Made by a program: the position numbers and the translations under genes. A stretch of DNA of 44,077 nt. Source: Candidatus Rokuibacteriota bacterium. Lineage in GTDB: Bacteria > Methylomirabilota > Methylomirabilia > Rokubacteriales > CSP1-6. How positions within the stretch are numbered: the first letter of the stretch is position 1; each line of letters starts with the position of its first letter. This document shows, piece by piece, positions 9,247-17,825 of this stretch. Under the pieces are notes generated by a model. That model ran no database searches and was not told the origin of the DNA. It was given only the letters and a program-made list of their open reading frames with translations. The stretch spans positions 1 to 44,077 of the forward strand of contig JACPCX010000181.1 of assembly GCA_016184305.1 (NCBI GenBank), written 5' to 3'.

Positions 9247-9936
9247 TCAGTTCCGCCGCGTCAGGCTGACGCTGAACGTCATGCCGTCGAGGCCGTCCGT
9301 GATGCCAAACGCGATGTCGGCATTGGTGTCGGCGGGCGTCACGGGCGGCGGCGGGCCCACGGAGAGACCGAGGCAGTACTGTCCCGCCGCGATGACCTCG
9401 CCCAGGGAGACCGGCGCGCCCGTCGCGTCTCTGGTGTTCCTCGGACAGCGCGGGTCCACGGGGGTTGTCTGCTGGATCAGGGTGATCCCGGCCTGTCCCG
9501 TCTGGCGCAGGAGGCTCGACTGGGGACCGGCCAGGAGGTTCCGGCAGGGGCCCGCCGCGCCTCCGGTGGGAGTGAAGCGCTCGCAGAGCACCCCCGCGGC
9601 GACGCCGTTCACCCCGTTTCCGGCGTAGTAGCAGTAAGCGCCGGCCTCTGACAGGGGGTTCGGGGGGTTGCTGAGCCTGAGCTCCAGGACACGGCCCGTG
9701 GTGCCGCCGGGGGCCGACGGAGTGCAGCTGCGGCCGATTGCCGAGGCCCCCCGAACCCGGCGGGCGATGGCGTCCGTCGTCAGGGTGCCCTGACGCTGGA
9801 GGTAACCCTGTGAGCTGGACTGGCTGAAGGAGGTCGTGGTGGCCAGGTACAGGGAGAACACCCCCAGCAGGACGACTGCCCCGATGGCGGAGGCGAGCGT
9901 CAGCTCGATGAGCGAGAAGCCGCGCTGGCCGTTCAT
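9247..9936 (-). CDS. Type IV minor pilin, PilW-like
   Basis: MNGQRG|FSLIELTLASAIGAVVLLGV class III signal with E5; ATGA overlap with the upstream gene; several Cys. Confidence 0.85.
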   Translation of the reverse strand: MNGQRGFSLIELTLASAIGAVVLLGVFSLYLATTTSFSQSSSQGYLQRQGTLTTDAIARRVRGASAIGRSCTPSAPGGTTGRVLELRLSNPPNPLSEAGAYCYYAGNGVNGVAAGVLCERFTPTGGAAGPCRNLLAGPQSSLLRQTGQAGITLIQQTTPVDPRCPRNTRDATGAPVSLGEVIAAGQYCLGLSVGPPPPVTPADTNADIAFGITDGLDGMTFSVSLTRRN

Positions 9937-10667
9937 AGGCGCCCGTAGGGGGTGATCCATGACTGAAGCACCACGGGGTCATCGCCCTGGATCTGCTGGG
10001 TGGGCCTCACGATGACCGTGACGCGCTTGACATTCGTCGTGACGCAGCTGCCTCCCAGTGTCGTGCACGAGGTCGAGGTCGAGGTGTCGACATAGGGATC
10101 GCAGGGCAGCCCCGTCAGGGCGCTTCCAGCAAAGGCCGGCAGCGAGAAGTCCGTCTCGCTGACGAACTGAACGCAGGTCAGCCGGATGAAGTTCCGATCC
10201 GAGGGAGCCGGGGCGTTGGTCGCCGTGACGGTGGTCCACGTCGGCTCGTTGTACACCTGAATGTAGGTGGGCGCCGCCGGGCATGGCTGCTGCGGCAGGG
10301 GCACCGCGACCCCGTTGAGTGAAAACGTCTGGCCCGCCGTCCCCGGACCGCCCGCGCCATTGCCGGGCAGCGGGGGAACGGGAACGCATTGGAAGGGCAT
10401 GGCCTTCAGCTGCTCGATCTTCTGCTGGGCCAGGCTCAGCCCCACCCGGTTGTCGCCCTTGGCGACCACCCAGGTGTTCCCGAAGCTGAACATGAGGGCG
10501 ATGCCGACCGCGGCGACGCCGACCACGAAGGCCGTCACGATGACCTCGAGAAGGGAAAACCCCCTCTGATCGCGCGACAGGTTCAAGGCTTGACTGCCGT
10601 CCGTGACCGAAAAATGAGGGGGCTCCTTCAGGAATTGGAGTACCCGGGGAAGTCGCCACACTGGCAT
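9933..10667 (-). CDS. Type IV minor pilin, PilV-like
   Basis: DQRG|FSLLEVIV class III signal; LAQQKIEQLK and NVKRVTVIV PilV/GspI-like motifs. Start uncertain: ATG 10667 with GGAG, TTG 10586, or ATG 10799. Confidence 0.82.
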   Translation of the reverse strand: MPVWRLPRVLQFLKEPPHFSVTDGSQALNLSRDQRGFSLLEVIVTAFVVGVAAVGIALMFSFGNTWVVAKGDNRVGLSLAQQKIEQLKAMPFQCVPVPPLPGNGAGGPGTAGQTFSLNGVAVPLPQQPCPAAPTYIQVYNEPTWTTVTATNAPAPSDRNFIRLTCVQFVSETDFSLPAFAGSALTGLPCDPYVDTSTSTSCTTLGGSCVTTNVKRVTVIVRPTQQIQGDDPVVLQSWITPYGRL

Positions 10668-10859
10668 GGCAACTCCGTGTAACACTGGCACGAAAAGGCT
10701 CAACACTCGCTGCAATCCAGCTTTCCACCTGGCGCCGCGGTGCCGGCTTGCTCCCCGGCCCCGGCCAGAATGACCCCGGCCTTTAATTATCACCGACATG
10801 GGCTCCAGGCAAGCGGTGGCCGTCCCCGCACGCCGCTATACCCTCCAAGCCTACACGAG

Positions 10860-10875
10860 AGCAAGCGCTGTGCCA
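10860..10875 (-). promoter_or_regulatory. sigma54 (-24/-12) promoter of the minor-pilin operon
   Basis: Minus strand TGGCACA-GCGC-TTGCT, matching consensus TGGCACR-N4-TTGCW. Confidence 0.8.
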
Positions 10876-10908
10876 GGGGGCAGCCGATTTCCGGGGCGAG
10901 CCGTCCAC

Positions 10909-11478
10909 CTCGGCCTGTTGGCCCAGCAAGACATCTGGTACGGCGACCCGCGGTTCGGGACGTTCTACGAGGGCTCGGGCATCATGCTTGCCGGGCGCGA
11001 CTTCAACTTCGTGTTCCTCGACAATAGCGGCAACTCGAAGACGCCCGAGAACGCCTTCACCCTCAACGGGACGATGCTCGCGAACCGCCAGATCGCCGTC
11101 TTCCGCGACTTCGCGAACCCGGCCGGCCCGAGCAACGCGGCCTCGTGCCCCGGCGGGAGCACCGGCTGCGAGCCCATCCGCTTCGACCCGAGCACCACGA
11201 GCTGCGGCTCGGCGGACGGGTGCTGGCGATTCATCATGCGGGACGGCAGTGGCAATATCACCTATGACACCTCGAAGGCGCCGTTCAGGCAGTGCGGAAA
11301 GACCGAGACCCCCTGCCCCGCGGGCACGCGGAGGATCAGCCACTATCAGATGGCGCTCAACTATGACAGCCGGCTGCTGAACTTCTCCGCGCTGATCCCG
11401 ACCAGCCTTCCGAGCGGGGGCGGGGCGCGCTTCGCGAGCACCTGGCAGGACTGGCAGGAATGCCCGACCTGTAACTGA
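10909..11478 (+). other. Orphan (headless) alternative C-terminal cassette of the PilX-like pilin, intact reading frame
   Basis: Translation LGLLAQQDIWYGDPRFG...TLNGTMLANRQIAVFRDFANP...CWRF...HYQM...DWQEC aligns with the 7375..7903 minus-strand C-terminus. No pilin N-terminus or signal peptide upstream. Confidence 0.85.
10930..10960 (+). repeat. Right copy of 31-bp near-identical inverted block
   Basis: GACATCTGGTACGGCGACCCGCGGTTCGGGA; see 7852..7882. Confidence 0.9.
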
Positions 11479-11630
11479 TACCTCGACGAGCTCGAAGTCG
11501 GGGGCTCCCCGGATCTCGGTTGGGGCCCATCAGGAGCGCCAAGCGAAGCGAGCCGGGCTGGCTGAGCCCCGCCGTCGATCCTGCTGTCTCGCCGGAGCCG
11601 TAAATTTCCTGTGGCGCTGGCGCGGTTCGC

Positions 11631-11639
11631 TGCTATATT
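11631..11639 (+). promoter_or_regulatory. Possible extended -10 sigma70 promoter upstream of pilM
   Basis: TGcTATATT; no convincing -35. Confidence 0.35.
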
Positions 11640-11714
11640 CTACCCCCCGGAACGTCCGCGCCGTCCACGCGGGCCATGGCAGTTCATGTGCGACGTCCGC
11701 GCCGTCAGGGGTCT

Positions 11715-12743
11715 ATGAACCTCGGGAGTCTCTTTCGCAAGCAGCGGGCGGTGGGCCTGGACGTGGGTACTGGCTCCATCAAGGCCCTCATGGCGGAGCG
11801 CCACGGCAAGGAGATCGTCGTGGTCGGCCGTGGGATGACCCCGCTGGAGTCCGGGGCTGACTCCCGGCAGATCAGCCAGGCGATCCATGCCACCCTCGCG
11901 GCGGCGGGCGCCGGCGGTGAGCCTGTCGTGGCGGCCATCGGCGGGACCGACATCGTGATCCGCCAGGTCTCGCTGCCCCCGCTGCCGCCGGCCAAGATCC
12001 TCCCGGCGCTCGAGATCCAGCATCGCGAGCTGGGGCTCCTGCCACCGGGGGAGGCGGTCATGGACGCCCAGATCCTCCGGCGCTCCAAGGACGGGACCTC
12101 CAGCGAGATCCTCTCCATCAGCGCGCCCAAGGGCCTCATCGACGAGCGGCTGAAGCTCCTGCAGCAGGCCAGCGTGAACGTCCGGATCCTCGACGTCGAG
12201 CCGCTGGCGCTCCTGAACGGGGCCCTTCACCTGACCGGGCTCGATCCGGGCGAGCTGCTGGTGCTGCTCACCGTGGGCCGGCAGACCTCGGTGCTCTGCC
12301 TCTTCAGCGAGCAGGGGCCGGTGGTGGCCCGCTACCTCGACGTGGGCGCCGAGTCCTTCACCGAGCAGCTCCGCGTCACCTTCGAGGTCTCGCCCTACTC
12401 GACCCAGCCTTTCGTCCAGAGCCTGCCCGCCACCGAGGTGACTCGCGCAGAAACCGCGTGCCGCGAGATCATCGAGCGCATGGCCGAGGACATCAGGCTC
12501 TCGCTGACCTTCTACCGCACCGAGTACGACCGCGAGAGCCTTCCGCGCTATGCCCTCGGCGGGTGGGTGGATCTGCCGCATATCGGCCGGTGGGTGGCCG
12601 ATCGGCTTGGGCTGGGCGCCCCGCTCGAGATCATGGATCCTTTCGGGGCGGTCGAGGTGAAGGTTCCCGCCGCCGGCCCCGACCTCGCAGCGGCGGGGCC
12701 GCAGTTCCTCCAGGCCTTCGGCCTCGCGCTGAGGGGGCTATGA
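11715..12743 (+). CDS. pilM: Type IV pilus assembly protein PilM (actin-like)
   Basis: AVGLDVGTGSIK, IVIRQVSLP, ILDVEPLALLN and AFGLALRG. Alternative start at 11676. Confidence 0.88.
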   Translation: MNLGSLFRKQRAVGLDVGTGSIKALMAERHGKEIVVVGRGMTPLESGADSRQISQAIHATLAAAGAGGEPVVAAIGGTDIVIRQVSLPPLPPAKILPALEIQHRELGLLPPGEAVMDAQILRRSKDGTSSEILSISAPKGLIDERLKLLQQASVNVRILDVEPLALLNGALHLTGLDPGELLVLLTVGRQTSVLCLFSEQGPVVARYLDVGAESFTEQLRVTFEVSPYSTQPFVQSLPATEVTRAETACREIIERMAEDIRLSLTFYRTEYDRESLPRYALGGWVDLPHIGRWVADRLGLGAPLEIMDPFGAVEVKVPAAGPDLAAAGPQFLQAFGLALRGL

Positions 12744-13372
12744 GCGGACGGTTTGCCGTCGATCTGCTGCACCCGGGCCGGGTCGCGGTCACCTGGCAGG
12801 AATGGTTCATCGGGACCCAGGGGCGGCGCCGGCTCGCCTTCTTCGTGCTCGGCGGCGCCGGGTTGCTTCTTCTCGTCCTGGCCGGCGGCATCCTGCCGAC
12901 CTACTGGCGCCTGTCGGCGGACCTCGACGCCATTCCGCGGCTGCAGAAGGATCTGGGGGCCACCGAGGCCGATCTCGGGCTGCTCCGCACCAATTTGCAG
13001 GCCCTCGCCACTGAGGCTCGGCGTCAGGTCCGCTGGGCGGACCTCATGACGGCGTTCAGCCAGCAGACGCCGCGGGCCCTCAAGGTCCAGGTCATCCAGT
13101 CGACGCGGACCACGCCGACCCCGGCGGCCGGCCAGCAGCCGGGAGATGTGCGCCCCGAGGCCACTCTGCGCATCGAGGCGCTGACACCGCTGCGCCCGGG
13201 CAGCCCGCCGCTGCTCGAGGTGGCCCAGTTCATGGCCGGGCTCATGCGCGACCCGGCCGTGAACAAGCGCTTCCAGCTCAAGAGCTGGGAGATCAAGCCT
13301 CCGGCCGGCGGGGCAACCGACGGGCTGCAGCTCCTCAACATCACCGTGTTGCTCTCGGAGCGCCCCTCGTGA
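12740..13372 (+). CDS. pilN: PilN-like alignment protein
   Basis: ATGA-coupled to pilM; FAVDLL (INLL-like), single TM, coiled coil, WADLMTAFSQQTP. Confidence 0.75.
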   Translation: MSGRFAVDLLHPGRVAVTWQEWFIGTQGRRRLAFFVLGGAGLLLLVLAGGILPTYWRLSADLDAIPRLQKDLGATEADLGLLRTNLQALATEARRQVRWADLMTAFSQQTPRALKVQVIQSTRTTPTPAAGQQPGDVRPEATLRIEALTPLRPGSPPLLEVAQFMAGLMRDPAVNKRFQLKSWEIKPPAGGATDGLQLLNITVLLSERPS

Positions 13373-14364
13373 GAGACCGCGCGCTGGGGATCGTCTGGAT
13401 CGTCGTCGCCCTCGTCTTCGCCATTGTCCTGCTCTACGAGGTGGGCAAGTGGCGCTCGATCTCCAGCGAGGGAAGCCGCGCCGCAACGGAGCGCGTGCGG
13501 CTGACCGGAGAGATCCGGGCCAAGGAGGAGGAGATCGTCCGCGAGATGCGCGCCAGCGCCGGGCTCCTCCAGGAGATGCAATGGACCTCGGCCGGTGGCG
13601 ACCCGTCCGCCTTCCTCACGCGGCTCGCCGACCTGGCCCGCGAGAAGCGCATGAAGGTGGTCGGCATCGGCACCCTCGAGCGCCAGGCCACGGCGCAGTT
13701 CAACAAGTCGTGGCACCTGATCCAGGTCGTGGCGCCCTACGGGGAGCTGCGCGAGCTGGCGGCGCGCGTGGAGGGGGAGAAGGGCATCCTCGAGGACATG
13801 TCGCTCTCCGTGGCGAAGGAGCCAGCGGCGCCCGGGGCCGCGAAGGTGGACGAGGTCGAGGCGAAGTTCAAGATGACGGCGCTCGAGCTGACGGCCGAGG
13901 CCAAGAAGATCCTCGAGCGTGCCCTGGCGTCGAGCGGGGCTGGCCCGCAGCCGTCTGCGCTCTCGCTGCCGCTGCCGACCGCCGTGGCCGATGCGGGGCC
14001 CGCGCGCGATCCGTTCGCGTTCGGCGCGGTGGCGGCGCCCCCGGCCGCCGGCCGCCGTCCGGCCGCGGGCGCTAGGCCCGCGGCGGGTGCCACGCCCGCG
14101 GCCGTCCCGGTGCCCGCCAAGCCGGCTGCCCCCGTTGTCGAGGCGCCAAAGGTGGCCATGGAGCTCAAGGGCCTCGTGGGCTTCCCGGGAGGCTTCCTCG
14201 CCATCGTGAACAACCAGATCGTCAAGGCCGGCGACACCGTCTCGGGGCACCGCGTGGAGCGGATCACGGACGATGCGGTGGTGCTCAGGGAGCCCGGTGG
14301 GGGAACGCGAACGATTTCCCTGCCCGGGCTGGCTGCTGCCCCGCCCGCGGGGCTCAGGAGGTGA
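13369..14364 (+). CDS. PilO-like protein fused via a Pro/Ala linker to a PilP/MshK-like C-terminal domain
   Basis: N-terminal TM, coiled coil and ferredoxin-like segment (APYGELRELAARVE); RDPF motif; C-terminal LKGLV...AIVNNQIVKAGDTVSGHRVERITDDAVVL. Confidence 0.65.
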   Translation: MRDRALGIVWIVVALVFAIVLLYEVGKWRSISSEGSRAATERVRLTGEIRAKEEEIVREMRASAGLLQEMQWTSAGGDPSAFLTRLADLAREKRMKVVGIGTLERQATAQFNKSWHLIQVVAPYGELRELAARVEGEKGILEDMSLSVAKEPAAPGAAKVDEVEAKFKMTALELTAEAKKILERALASSGAGPQPSALSLPLPTAVADAGPARDPFAFGAVAAPPAAGRRPAAGARPAAGATPAAVPVPAKPAAPVVEAPKVAMELKGLVGFPGGFLAIVNNQIVKAGDTVSGHRVERITDDAVVLREPGGGTRTISLPGLAAAPPAGLRR

Positions 14365-16082
14365 GAGAGACCATGGTGTCCTGGATGCGGATCGGCTTCG
14401 CGCTGCTCGGCCTGGCTGTCCTCACGCTGTTCCCGCCAAATCCCGCTGCCACCGCCCAGGGGGCCTGCCGCGACAAGCTGCCGGCGGAGCCCATCACGCT
14501 CAACCTGCGCGACGCCAACGTGCAGACGACGCTGCGACTACTGTCCCAGCAGTACCGGGTCAACATGGTCGTCACCGACGAGGTGAAGGGGACGGTGACG
14601 CTGGACTTCTTCCAGGTCCCGGCGCGCGACGTCTTCGAGGTCATCATCGAGTCGGCCAATCTGCAATGCGTGGAGGCAACGGGCGTGCTCCGCGTGAGCA
14701 CCACTACCCGGCTGAAGCAGGAGGCGGATGAGCGGCAGAAGGCCCAGGATGACCGCACCCGGCTCGATGCCGACACGCGCCAGAAGATCGCCGAGGCCCG
14801 GCAGAAGGAGGAGGAGTTCGCGGAGCTCAGGGCGCGAGGGCCGGTCAGGGAGATCACCCTCCGCCTCTCCTACGCCGATGCGGAGGAGGTCGCCAAGACC
14901 ATCTCGGGTATCCTGGGACTGCCCTCCGGTGGCGAGCTGGTGCCCACGCTTCAGCCGCAGCTCTACGCGCCGCCGCCGCCGGTGAGCATTCCCGGCCAGC
15001 CGCTCCAGCCGCCGACGGTCCAGGCGCCGGCCGCCCTGCCTCCGCCCGATGTGCTGTCGAGGGGGCTCACGGTCAGGGCCTACAAGCCCACCAACACGGT
15101 ATTCATCCGCTTCTACGAGAACGACCTCAACCGGATCGTGAAGCTCATCAAGGAGTCGCTCGACATCCCCCTGCCGCAGGTGCAGATCGCCGCGCAGATG
15201 GTGATCACGACCCAGAGCGCGCTGGAGCAGATCGGCATCCAGTGGGGCGGGGCGGCGGTGGGCCAGCCACGGCACCCGAGGGACCCGGCCCTTCTCGGCC
15301 AGGGCTACTCCCAGGCTGGCGTGTCCCAGGGCAGCACGAGCCAGGTCCCCGTTGCTCCCGCCGGGGGGACGGCGGTTGTCGGCAACTTCAGCCAGAACCC
15401 GAACCTCCTGGGCGCCGGGAACACGTTCCTGCCTATCTCCCCGACGACGGGCTTCCCCGTGGGTGGAAACCTCATCAACCTGCCCATCACGGCGGCCAAC
15501 CCGGCGCTCGGCATCCTCCTCGGGATCGTCGGCAGCGACTTCAACCTGAACCTGGCCATCCAGGCGCTGGAAACCCAGGGCAAGGCCCGGTTCCTGTCCG
15601 AGCCGAGGATCGTGACCATCGAGAACGTCAAGGCCGTCATCTCTCGTGGCTTCGAGGTGCCCTTCACGAGCGCCTCCCAGCAGGGCACTCAGGTGCAGTT
15701 CAAGGACGCACTCCTCGAGCTGACCGTGACCCCGAACGTGATTTACGAGAACGGTCTCACCAAGATCAGGCTGAAGGTCATCCTGCAGAACGACGAGCCG
15801 AGCTTCTCGTCCTCCGCGGTTCGCGCCACGGCCGAGAATCCGGCCATCTTCAAGCGCAAGGCGACGACGGAAGTGGTCATGATCGAGGGGGAGCGGCTCG
15901 TCATCGGTGGGGTCACGAAGGAGAGCTCCGAGAAGTCGCTGCGCGGGGTGCCGCTCCTGTCGAATATCCCGGTGCTCGGCTGGCTCTTCAAGAAGCGCGA
16001 GACCAGCTCCGAGGCGGAAGAGCTGGTGGTGATTCTCACGCCCACCGTGCTGAAGAGGCCGGACGGCGCCGCCAAGAGGTAA
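14361..16082 (+). CDS. pilQ: Secretin (PilQ/MshL type)
   Basis: Signal peptide; ITLNLRDANVQTTLRLL N0 domain; LSYADAEEVAK N3 domain; PQVQIAAQMV; GVPLLSNIPVLGWLFK and ELVVILTPTV secretin signature. Confidence 0.92.
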   Translation: MRETMVSWMRIGFALLGLAVLTLFPPNPAATAQGACRDKLPAEPITLNLRDANVQTTLRLLSQQYRVNMVVTDEVKGTVTLDFFQVPARDVFEVIIESANLQCVEATGVLRVSTTTRLKQEADERQKAQDDRTRLDADTRQKIAEARQKEEEFAELRARGPVREITLRLSYADAEEVAKTISGILGLPSGGELVPTLQPQLYAPPPPVSIPGQPLQPPTVQAPAALPPPDVLSRGLTVRAYKPTNTVFIRFYENDLNRIVKLIKESLDIPLPQVQIAAQMVITTQSALEQIGIQWGGAAVGQPRHPRDPALLGQGYSQAGVSQGSTSQVPVAPAGGTAVVGNFSQNPNLLGAGNTFLPISPTTGFPVGGNLINLPITAANPALGILLGIVGSDFNLNLAIQALETQGKARFLSEPRIVTIENVKAVISRGFEVPFTSASQQGTQVQFKDALLELTVTPNVIYENGLTKIRLKVILQNDEPSFSSSAVRATAENPAIFKRKATTEVVMIEGERLVIGGVTKESSEKSLRGVPLLSNIPVLGWLFKKRETSSEAEELVVILTPTVLKRPDGAAKR

Positions 16083-16088
16083 CCCCAG

Positions 16089-17825
16089 GTGTACGAGGCG
16101 TTCTTCAGCCTCGAGGATGCCCCGTTTGTCCTCACGCCTGACCCTCGCTTCCTGCTCCGATCCAAGGGGCACCACGAGATCCTGGGGACGCTCCTCTACG
16201 GGATCACGAGCCAGAAGGGCCTCATGGCCCTCATCGGCGAGGTGGGCACGGGCAAGACCACGCTGTGCCGCGCCCTCCTGCGCGAGATGCCCAAGGACGT
16301 GCAGAGCGCGCTGGTCCTCAACCCGCACCTTTCCGACATCGAGCTGGTCGGGACGATCCTGGACGATCTCGGGATCGAGCGCCGCGGCGCCACGAAGGGC
16401 GAGCTGATGACGGCGCTGTCCCAGCACCTCCTCGCCGCGGGCGGCGAGGGCAAGACCGTGGTCGTCATCCTCGACGAAGCCCAGCAGATGAGCGTGGACG
16501 CCCTCGAGCAGATCCGGATCCTCTCCACGCTGGAGACCGCCACCCGCAAGCTGTTGCAGATCGTCCTGTCGGGCCAGCCCGAGCTCGAGGAGAAGCTCAA
16601 GCAGCGGGAGCTGCGCCAGCTCGATCAGCGCATCGGCATCCGGTGCTACCTCAAGCCGCTGTCCAGGAAGGACACGTTCCGCTACGTGGAGCACCGGATG
16701 CGCATCGCCGGGCTGCCCGGGGCCCTGCCGTTCACGCGCGCCGCCATGGCCAGGATCTTCGCTTACAGCCTGGGGATTCCCCGGGTGATCAACATGGTCT
16801 GCGACCGGGCGCTCATGGCGGCCTTCAGCGCCCGGGCGCACGAGATCAACCCGGCGCTCGTCAAGGCCGCGATCAAGAACCTCCAGGGCGAGAGCCGCGG
16901 GAGGCGACGCGGTGCGGCCGGGGCGGGAGGCGGTCGGCGCTCCGGCCGCGCTGCCATCGCGGCCGGAGCGCTCGGCGCCGTGCTGGTCGGCGGGGCGGCC
17001 GCCGGCTACTGGACCGGATGGTCACCGCCGGTTTTCCGCCTCCCATGGCGGGCCGATGCGCCGGGGGCGGCGACTCGCCCGCGGGGCGCCGTTCCGATGC
17101 GGGCCTCGGCGCCGTCGGCCGGCCAGCCCGCGGTAGTCGGACGGGGTGAGCCCGGCGCCGCTCCGCGAGACGGCCAGTCGCGCGAGACCCTGCCGCGCGA
17201 CGGGATGAAGAGTCTGCTCGTCCAGGTCCTGAGACTCTGGGGTGTCAACGAGGAGCTGTCTGACGGCATTATCGCCGCGTGGCCCGTGGACGCGGCGCGC
17301 GCCCCTGACCTGGCGGCCATCGCCGCGAGCTACCAGCTCTCGGCGACGCTCCTGCCCGAGACCACGCTGGCCGAGCTGCGCGCCATCGCACTGCCGGCGC
17401 TCATGGAAACCGGCGGCAGCGAGGGCGCGCGCGCGCTCCTCCTGCGCGGCATCGAGGGGGACACGGCGGTCCTGGCCACGCCCACCGGCGAGGAGACCCA
17501 CATCGCGCTGGACCGCCTGGAGGCCGCCTGGAACCATCAGGCCTGGATCATCTGGAGGAACATCGACCTCCTGCCGGCCGATCCGAATCAGGAGCTGACG
17601 CCGACGGTGGTCGCGACCCTCGCGCTGCGCTTGCAGAAGCTCGGGCACCTGACGCCGCCCGTGCCCACGACCAACAATGAGCGCTTCCAGCAGGCGGTGC
17701 GCCGCTTCCAGCGCGCCACGGGCCTCCAGGACGACGGGATCGTCGGGCCCCGGACCACACTGGCCCTCTCCCGCGTGATCGGCGGCCGCTTCAGCCCCAC
17801 GATCACCGACACCAAGCCCCGATGA
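16089..17825 (+). CDS. exeA: ExeA/MshM-family AAA ATPase with C-terminal peptidoglycan-binding domain
   Basis: MYEAFFSLEDAPFVLTPDPRF; Walker A GEVGTGKT; VVILDEAQ; GQPEL; GIPRVIN; C-terminal AVRRFQRATGLQDDGIVGPRT. Confidence 0.92.
   Translation: MYEAFFSLEDAPFVLTPDPRFLLRSKGHHEILGTLLYGITSQKGLMALIGEVGTGKTTLCRALLREMPKDVQSALVLNPHLSDIELVGTILDDLGIERRGATKGELMTALSQHLLAAGGEGKTVVVILDEAQQMSVDALEQIRILSTLETATRKLLQIVLSGQPELEEKLKQRELRQLDQRIGIRCYLKPLSRKDTFRYVEHRMRIAGLPGALPFTRAAMARIFAYSLGIPRVINMVCDRALMAAFSARAHEINPALVKAAIKNLQGESRGRRRGAAGAGGGRRSGRAAIAAGALGAVLVGGAAAGYWTGWSPPVFRLPWRADAPGAATRPRGAVPMRASAPSAGQPAVVGRGEPGAAPRDGQSRETLPRDGMKSLLVQVLRLWGVNEELSDGIIAAWPVDAARAPDLAAIAASYQLSATLLPETTLAELRAIALPALMETGGSEGARALLLRGIEGDTAVLATPTGEETHIALDRLEAAWNHQAWIIWRNIDLLPADPNQELTPTVVATLALRLQKLGHLTPPVPTTNNERFQQAVRRFQRATGLQDDGIVGPRTTLALSRVIGGRFSPTITDTKPR

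Noticed and set aside
7253..9982. 909-aa ORF as a single real protein
   Set aside because: The real start is 9235; the upstream part overlaps pilW out of frame, and the last ~200 aa are frameshift read-through.
10686..10700. Plus-strand sigma54 promoter TGGCACGAAAAGGCT for the orphan cassette
   Set aside because: Spacing is one base short and the -12 TTGC is absent.
10590..10850. c-di-GMP riboswitch in the long pilV leader
   Set aside because: No GEMM-I (GGCAAA...GRCGCAAA) or GEMM-II core recognisable on the minus strand.
10798..10908. N-terminus of the 226-aa ORF as a genuine start
   Set aside because: No signal peptide or pilin helix, it overlaps the opposite-strand sigma54 promoter, and homology to pilX begins only at about 10909.
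11612..11634. sigma54 promoter upstream of pilM (TGGC...TGCT)
   Set aside because: GG-to-GC spacing is 11 nt, not the required 10.
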